Shown here one piece after another: positions 33,349 to 40,819 of a stretch of DNA of 40,819 nt. Within the stretch, counting starts at the first letter, position 1; the number at the start of each line of letters is the position of its first letter. This stretch comes from Octopus bimaculoides. Taxonomy: Eukaryota. A program made the position numbers and the translations under genes. The notes under the pieces are model-generated. The model did not search any database, had not been told where the DNA came from, and saw only the letters and a list, made by a program, of their open reading frames with translations. The stretch spans positions 29,895,138-29,935,956 of the forward strand of contig NC_068994.1 of assembly GCF_001194135.2 (NCBI RefSeq). Reading direction: 5' to 3'.

Positions 33349-33987
33349 GGTGGCAGAAACGTTAGCATGCCAGGGGAAATGCTTCGCAGTACTTCATCTG
33401 TCTTTACATTCTGAGTTCAAATTCTGCTGAGGCCAACTTTGCCTTTCAGCCTTTCGGGGTCAATAAATTATGTTCTGAGTACCAGTTGTATACTGAGGTG
33501 GATCTAATCGACTGGCCCACTCCCCAAAAATTTTGGGCCTTGTGCCTCGAGTAGAAAAGAATATTTTAGCAAGGCAGCGAGTTGGCAGAAATATTAGTCT
33601 GCTAAGCAAAATGCTTAGCGGTATTTCATCTGTCTTTACATTCTGAGTTCAAATTCCGCCAAGGTCAACTTTGCGTTTCATCCTTTCAGGGTCGATAAAT
33701 TAAGTACCAGTTGTGTACTGGAGTCAATCTAATTGACTGGACCCCTCTCCAAAAATTTCAGGCCTTGTGCCTAGAGTAGAAATGAATATTTGGTGGCAGA
33801 ATTGTTAACACACCAGGTGAATTGCTTAGCAGTTATGTTCTGAGTTCAAATTCCACCAAGGTTGACTTTACCTTTCATCCTTCTAGGGTCAATAAAATAA
33901 GTACTAGCTGAATATTAGGGTCGATTTAATCGACCTACCCCCTCCCCTGAACTTGTTAGCCTTGTGCCAAACTTTGAAACCAATATT
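33349..33987 (+). mobile_element. Head-to-tail trimer of SINE family B
   Basis: Copies at 33349-33565, 33571-33790 and 33792-33987, each with CTGAGTTCAAATTC, the CCTTTCA.CCTT box and an AATATT end. Confidence 0.9.
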
Positions 33988-34024
33988 TCAATGTGCTTGT
34001 GCCACATAAAAAGCACTCTGTCGT

Positions 34025-34181
34025 CCACTCTGCTGGGTAGTTGATGTTAGGAAAGGCCTCTAACTAAAAACTGTGCCAAAACACACAAAAGTCTGATGCA
34101 GGCTCCTGCCTGGTCAGCTCCTGTCAAATTGTCCAGCTCATGCCAGCATGGAAAGTGTATGTTAAATGATGATGATGATGA
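34025..34181 (+). mobile_element. Old RTE 3' tail
   Basis: GTTAGGAAAGGC...CATGCCAGCATGGAAAG...GTTAAATGATGATGATG. Confidence 0.6.
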
Positions 34182-34361
34182 CTTCAATGGTCTTCATTTT
34201 ATCAAACCTCTGGAAATTAAGAACAGTCAGTCAAAAATTAAATCATAAAGGGACGTAACTGAATGCCACAAAGCCTATTGTCCACTGTTCTATTGATTCT
34301 ACCAGTTCTTTATCCTAGAAATCACAGTCAATACAGAGCCAAGTTTATGGAGTATTCAACG

Positions 34362-34641
34362 GTGTCCATGCTGGTGCACAAAACCCAGCACTTAGCTTTT
34401 AAGTCTGGTATTTATTCTATAAGTCTCCTTTGCTGAACTGCTAAATTTCAGGGATGCAAACAAACCAACACCACTTGTCAACCTGTAAGGTAGAGAACAA
34501 AGACACTAAATTGACTATCGAGTGTTGGTCAGGTTGGGGCTATAGTAGAAGATATTTGCCCAAAGTGCTGCCTAGTGAAATTGAACCAAAGCTATGTGGT
34601 TACAAAGTGAGGTTCTTAACCATACATCTATGCCTGCACCT
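34362..34641 (-). mobile_element. Degraded SINE family A
   Basis: CCATGCTGGTGCAC...GCTATAGTAGAAGATATTTGCCCAAAGTG...CCTGCACCT. Confidence 0.65.
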
Positions 34642-34709
34642 ATATGACTGAATCATTATATTTCTTACAGAACATTGTATTCTTCAATTTTATGTGCCTC
34701 GGGTAATTA

Positions 34710-34837
34710 GGGAATGTTATCTGAAACAGATTAGTGTTCTATCCAAGGAGAAATTCATATCTCATCAGACTCTCATTTGTAAATCATTATTGTTTAATAT
34801 AAAATTGTCCCTAATAGCTGTTTCAGATAACATTCCC
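34710..34837. mobile_element. 128-bp MITE-like element with 20-bp perfect TIRs
   Basis: GGGAATGTTATCTGAAACAG at 34710-34729 and its exact reverse complement at 34818-34837. TSD unclear. Confidence 0.7.
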
Positions 34838-35865
34838 AATAGATTTTGATGAAAGGTATCTCATCCATAATCATCCCATTTTTTGTATGTCAGAGAATTT
34901 TTTTTTTTCTTCAAGAGAGACTAGAAGGTAATTTAAGGGAAATTTGGCTTCAGTACTATTTCTAGCAGCTCATGGTATTTGTAGGGTTTTATGGAAGAAA
35001 TGGCACAAAAACACCTCTGCTAGAATATTGATATGTCTATGAACCAAATTATTCCATAGAGATGGTGCTTCCTGCAGTTTCTTTAGCATGAAATGGATAA
35101 GAGATAATCCTTTTATGAAACAGAATGTTGGAATATGAGATACTTTTTCCTCCTTAAAAATAACAGAGAAATGTATGCACACTTACTTGAAAACTAAAGT
35201 TAGGTTGATATCTTCTTAGTTATTTTGTCCTTCTTGTCGCTGTCATTGTCGTTGTTCTTTGCTTCTAAGTCAGCACTAACTGTGAAAACAAACCTATGAA
35301 TAAACTATGACCTGTCTCTGTTTCCAGAAGTAATGCACTCTGGAATACATTATCTAATGTGTCCATTTTGAAAATTGTCTAGGTTGAAGGAGATTTAGCT
35401 GTTGTTTCAAGCATGTCAAGTGACTATGTAGATGCTTCCTTGTTGACTCATCTTTATTTAAGTAGTGTTAAAGAGATGAGAGTCAAATTGACCCCTAGGG
35501 AGAATGCTACTCTATCACCAACAAGTAATATTTCCCACAACAGATCTGGTACTACATTTTGCCATTTATTCTTAGGTCAAACCAGATTGAACAAGGCTAT
35601 AACTATCATTTCATTTTTCCCATCTCTCCTAAAGTATCTAGGACTACATTATCCTTTCTTTAAGACAGGAAAGGGATTTGTCTGATATTTCTAGTACATC
35701 AAGTGTTCATGTAGTGTTTCTTTGTCGCAAAACAGTGAAATGCCTGCAGTAGGTTTAATGTTACAACTTATCTGCCAGTAATTACTATACATTATTCAAT
35801 AACATTTATTTTGAATGTCATGCTTAATTAAGAAATTACTACTTCACACACATAGATATCGTCAA

Positions 35866-36190
35866 CATCATCATCATCATCATCAACATTTAACATCCAT
35901 TTTCCCTGCTGGCATGAGTTGGGCAGCTTGACAGGAACTGACAAGGCCAGGGGCTGCATCGGATTCCAGTCTGTTTTGGCTTAGTTTCTACAGATGGATG
36001 CCCTTCCTAACACCAACCACTTTACAGAGTATGCCGGGTGCTTTTTTACATGGCACCAGCACCCACACCAATGCTTTTTATGTGGCACCTTGGTTTTAGG
36101 ATCTCAATTATGTTGTGGTAGGTGGATCTTCTCAAGTACAGCAATGCACCACATATCTCAGTCCTCTGTCATCTCCTTCATAAGGTCCAG
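35866..36190 (-). mobile_element. Old RTE 3' end
   Basis: (CAT)n...TTTCTACAGATGGATGCCCTTCCTAACACCAACCAC matches 30960-31000. Confidence 0.65.
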
Positions 36191-36246
36191 CATTTGAGAT
36201 TGGCCTTCAATACATAATAATATATATGTATGAATGTATATATATC

Positions 36247-36446
36247 TTAACTATTAGTGATAGAAGCAACCTTTGTAACAAATATTAATTAGCACATCCA
36301 ACTTAACTTGAATGTTTTGTTAAGAATGTCATGAACTGTGGTAATTGTTTTGAGAGATGATCTTGTATAGACATTAGGTGCTAAAAAGCACGGATTATAT
36401 CAGTTGATGAAATTTCATCAGCAGTAGCAGGTGGGACTGTTGTATC
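36247..36446. mobile_element. Truncated copy of the adjacent MITE
   Basis: Colinear with 36570-36765 (ACAAATATTAATTAGCACATCCAA, TTAGGTGCTAAAAA, TGATGAAATTT, ACTGTTGTAT); it lacks the right TIR. Confidence 0.6.
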
Positions 36447-36558
36447 CCATGATTTCAGCATAAAATGCACACCATCAGCAATAGATCAAAACACCATCAA
36501 ACCAATATAGTTTAACCCTGACTAAACAGTCGGTGATAACATGGAAAACTGGTGGGCT

Positions 36559-36854
36559 GTGTATAAATTAGCTGTTAGCAACAGAAGCAGCCTTTGTGAC
36601 AAATATTAATTAGCACATCCAATTTAACTAGGATGTGTTGTTAAGAACCTCATAGACTGCAATAATTGTCCTGAAAACTCATATAGATGTTAGGTGCTAA
36701 AAAAACGCAGATTTTGTCACCTGATGAAATTTTGTCAGCAGTGGCCTATGGAACTGTTGTATATTGCTGTATTAACACATCCAAGTTAAATTGGAAGTTC
36801 TAATTAATATTTTTTACAAAGACTGCTTCCATTACTAATAGCTAATTTATACAC
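36559..36854. mobile_element. 296-bp MITE-like element with about 81-bp TIRs
   Basis: 36559-36639 pairs with 36774-36854 (GTGTATAAATTAGCT...CCAATTTAACT.GGATGTGTT). Confidence 0.8.
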
Positions 36855-37526
36855 TGTTGGTGTAGGTTCTGCTTGAAACTTATCTATGTATCTAAGATTT
36901 TTCTCTTCTATTTTATTTTTTGAGGACTTCTATAAGTTTATTGTTTGTCTAGTAAGCTACAAAATTCATACATTTTCTCACTTTCCTGTAATTCAGACCA
37001 CTTCATGGTCCCAACAGAAAATGGAAAAGGCATTGCTTTAGAGGATGGTGAGGGAGATGCACTGTTAGAACAGCCACTCTGACTCACAGAGCTTACACTT
37101 GTGGGTAGCCATCTCCACCCCAATAGCAGTGAGCAGGGATATGGTCTAGGGGCCAAAAATGCCAGAGGTCTCCAGTGCCTCAGACTCAAGCACAAACCTA
37201 TCAGAGAGCGACCGATACTTTGACAGTTTGCTTTATACACTACTCACTAGCTTTTTGCAACACCACTGACTGTTTAGCCGGTTTTAAGCTTTATCAGTTT
37301 GACTGATCTTCAATCTGCCATCTGGTGCCTGGGTATCTGTTGCTGGCCATGTGAAAATTTACACTGAAATCATGTAATACGACAGACCCATCTGCTGGCA
37401 CTGAAGAAATTCCAACGACCAATGTAATCCATGCATTTTAGCACTTATGTCTATACAAAATCATTTCTCAGGACAATTACTGCAGTCTGTGACATTCTTA
37501 ACACACACACACACGTATGTATATAT

Positions 37527-37918
37527 GGCATTGCTGTGTGGTAAGATGTTTGCTTCCCAATCACATGGTTGTGGGTTCAAGACTACTGTATGGTAATTTG
37601 GGCAAGTGTCTTCTGCTATAGCTACAGGCTGACCAAAGACTTGTTAGTGGATTTGGTAGACAGAAACCTGGATAAGTCCATCAAATATATATATAGGTGG
37701 GTCTTTGTGTTGCATCCCCCACCACGACTTGACACTCAGTGTTGGTTCGTTTATATCCTCATAATGTAGCAGTTCAACAAAAGTGATCGATAGATTGGTA
37801 GAATAAATACCAGGCTTAACAATTAATACTGGGGTCAATTCATTCAACTAAAGTCCTTCAAAGTGGTGCTCCAGCATGATTGCAGTCTAATGACATAAAC
37901 AAGTATTAGATGAAAGAA
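37527..37918 (+). mobile_element. SINE family A (full length, diverged)
   Basis: GCTGTGTGGTAAG...GGGCAAGTGTCTTCTGCTATAGC...GGTGCTCCAGCATG...AAACAAGTA. Confidence 0.8.
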
Positions 37919-38435
37919 TATATATATATTATATATATATAATTTAAAATCCAGGAAAAGAAAAAAAATTAATTGCATATTTTTACAGATGTTTCATAAT
38001 TCACAATCTGTTTCATACATCATCAACACTTATTTGTAGGTGCATAATCATTTCTCAGACAGAGTTTACAAAATTCGATCAGACAAGGGACTAGACTTCA
38101 ATTTGCTTACGGTCTTGATAACTAAATGTAGTGCATCATTCAATCTACCGTTCAAATATTTTACCACCAAATGCTGCCGGTGTGCCAAGTAATGAAGTTA
38201 GTATCTGGTGGGAAATTTTACGCTTTAGAAGAGATGAAAAACCTCTGTATATTCCTATAACCGAAGGGGCTCAATCAGACGCACGGGCAAGAATATTACT
38301 GAGTGGGATATTACGTTCAAAAAGGTAGAACTTGAGAGTGTGAAAAATATGATGATATATGTTATAATACTATAACATAGAGAACTAAGAAGTGCCAGTT
38401 AGGAAAAACTTAGAAGATGACTCAACCGATAAAGA

Positions 38436-39273
38436 TGTATAACAGTAAGATTTATTAGTGCATTAAACTGTATGTCTGTGTTTGAGTGTGAATGTGACAT
38501 AATAAAACACAATATAATACAGGCCGTCATGTAAACAAGAGTGTGTGCAAGTAATACATGTATGTGAATGCAAGAGATATAGAGTATAGATAAGAGTCAG
38601 TAATAAGGACGTTAAAAGTAAGTCCAGACACCAGGATGTGAAATACCAGTTCTCAGTTAAAGTACACAGTAGTTGAAAGTCTGTATATAAGAGGTTTAGG
38701 CGTTGAGGCAGAGCTAAGTCACTTGTCGTGCAGTTGAGGCTTCTATGCCGGGCCGGATTCTTGATACAGATGGTTTCTCGCAGGGGTCGATTTCTGGCTG
38801 TTATTCCGTGGTGAACAATTCACACAAACAGGATTGAGAAGAGAAGCTGTGGTTGCTGTTTGGTTGCTTGTGTACTGGGAGAAGTCATGTTGACGTTGGC
38901 GACGTTGGGGACGAAGGTTGTAGTGAAGAGTTGAACGATGGTGTTGATGTCGTCGCTGGAAACTGGCTGGCTGTGTTACGTGTGGTCAACGACCAGATCT
39001 TAGCAGATCTGAAGCCGCGACAAACTGACGTGGGTTAAATTAGGCTATTTATAGGTACAATGAGGCTCCAGAAAGCATCAGAAAAACACTCTCTCACGTG
39101 ACCTTATTAGATGGCCACGGCTGGTCGGTTTGCATCCTGGTGCGAAAGGACTGGTTACAATTGCCGCGGAAATAAAAGTCAGTCAGGTGACAGACAGCAA
39201 GGCGGGAAAGAGTTGTTACCTGCTACGTTCACATTTGTAAATAAATAACCGTGAGAGAGGTGGTTTCACTACA
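38436..39273 (-). mobile_element. Candidate solo LTR (838 bp)
   Basis: The minus strand starts TGTAGTG and ends TATACA, with TATAAATAG at 39045-39053 and AATAAA 15 nt from the end (38451-38456). It is more GC-rich than the flanks. No matching TSD, PPT or PBS seen. Confidence 0.45.
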
Positions 39274-39719
39274 ACTTTATGAATCAAGCGGCAATTTCTC
39301 TGTGAACAGCATTTCCTCATAGATGGTTCTGCCACGCTAGGCCACAGCACATCTAAAATTGTGTACAAGTAGAATAAGTTATACATAAGCATCCCTGGAT
39401 ATAGGTAAATGCAGAATTGATTTCTAAATATTCTTTGTCACCCACAAAATGTTCACATCGCCCACCATGTAAGTTCACATCGCCACCTGTAAGTTGAAAT
39501 TGCCCACCGGTGGGCGATATCGCCCACTTTTGGAAGCTATGATATAGATATAGTTTAGCAATGGTCTGCTCTTGGGCAGGTTCTGTGAATGTGGACTTTT
39601 TCCAGCACTCTTTATACAACCTGGGAGGACAAATACACTCTCCTTCTGCCGTTAAGTAGATTACTGGGACTTCGGCTACCTTGACTATGCTTGGGATGAA
39701 TTCTAAAGTGATTTCTTGT

Positions 39720-40075
39720 TGCCTTTTCTAGATGGGATTTGAACTCAGAATGCAGAGAGTCGGAAGATATACCGTAAAGCATCCCTACCAACATAGCAAC
39801 GATTCTGGCACGCTCCCACCAACAGAGCAACATGAAATGAAGCGTTTTGTTCAACAACATGCCGCCTGATCCCAGAATCAAACCCATGATCTAGTGATCA
39901 TGAGTACAACACCCTAACCACCATACTGGAATGCAGTCTCGCTGGGGCACCGTCCTGAACAGCTTAGTTGAACAAAGTGACCCCAGTACTTTTTTTTTAA
40001 AGTTTGATACTTATTCTATTCTCTTTTGTTGAGCTGCTATATGAAGGGGACGTAAACAAACGATCCCCTTCTAAT
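39720..40075 (-). mobile_element. Cluster of SINE fragments (family B head, another tRNA-like head, family A 3' part)
   Basis: GGATTTGAACTCAGAA, AATCAAACCCATGATC...CCCTAACCAC and GACCCCAGTACT...GGGGACGTAAACAAAC. Confidence 0.5.
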
Positions 40076-40107
40076 TTCATTATATTATATCGAGCAGGAG
40101 TGGCTGT

Positions 40108-40786
40108 GTGGTAAAATTGGCTGGGACAAAGTACCCCGTTAATATTGAGGGCCGGCAACCAAGGTGCCATGAGTGCTTGGAAGCTGGCCACATAAAAAAA
40201 ACTGCCCCCAGGGCCGTAATAAGGCCCTGGAGCAGGATAAAGTGCCCCCCCCCCATTGGAAGAGGAGACGGAGAAAGTCGTGGAGGCAGGTGCCTCTTTA
40301 AGAAAAAGAAAAAGAAAGGTGAGCAACAATGGTTGCTCACCAGTTGAAACAGAGGTTGAGGGGGAGGTAAAGATCTCGGGTGTGCCGAAGGAGGCCCTAA
40401 CCCACTCTAAAAAGAAAAGGAGAAAGAAGAGAGGTGGGAAACGGCCGGCGGACGTTTATATGCCGCCGACCGAACCAGTGACCCCTCCAGAGCAGCTTGA
40501 GGCTCCTGTCCATGAGGGGGAGGAGTTTGTCCTCCTTTATCACATGGAGGGGCCTGTAAGAGAATGGATAAATGACCATCGCGACCGAGAACTTACGTTC
40601 TCGAAGCACACACTCAGTTCATTGTGGCCTCCGCGGGTAGCTGCGGAGATAATACAACATTCATTGTTGTCAAGGGTCATGGAGACCCTTGACAAAAAAC
40701 TGTTCGCATTCCTTTTTGCGGGTCCTGACTTGTCGCTGCAGAGTTGTCTGCGGGCGGCGAGTCAAATTGCTTGGGGACCCAAATGA
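40108..40786 (+). pseudogene. L1/Tx1-type LINE ORF1 C-terminal part (CCHC zinc knuckle plus basic tract), 5'-truncated
   Basis: VKLAGTKYPVNIEGRQPR-CHECLEAGHIKK(N)C gives C-x2-C-x4-H-x4-C (40165-40205) after adding one A to an A8 run. A second shift lies in a C10 run, and the frame is then open to TGA at 40784-40786 with KKKRRKKR. The clade is inferred from architecture only. Confidence 0.65.
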
Positions 40787-40819
40787 TTGGGGGTTTTTTT
40801 TTCATGAATATATAAAGTG

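Overview
AT-rich, intron-containing animal DNA with nine N-gaps (about 3.7 kb). It is most likely from an octopus or other coleoid cephalopod; this is inferred from the SINE and RTE families and the C2H2 gene, with no search run. There are two host-gene signals, both on the + strand: a 7-finger C2H2 zinc-finger ORF (28806-29957) and an orphan terminal exon encoding a C-terminal transmembrane peptide (9739-9983). Most of the rest is layered transposon sequence. That includes two tRNA-derived SINE families, several mariner elements, a Penelope-like element split by a mariner exactly at its GIY motif, and a Gypsy 3' end. It also includes RTE LINE fragments, an R4/Dong-type element sitting in a (TAA)n repeat, an L1/Tx1-type ORF1, MITE-like foldbacks and a candidate solo LTR. 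I found no clearly new multi-gene system. The most unusual signals are a 282-bp near-loopless palindrome with a branched centre, the homogenised RSDK helices of the ZNF, the R4/Dong insertion beside the ZNF splice acceptor, a near-identical inverted RTE pair bracketing the ZNF, and several odd SINE/LINE junctions. All alignments and counts were done by eye.
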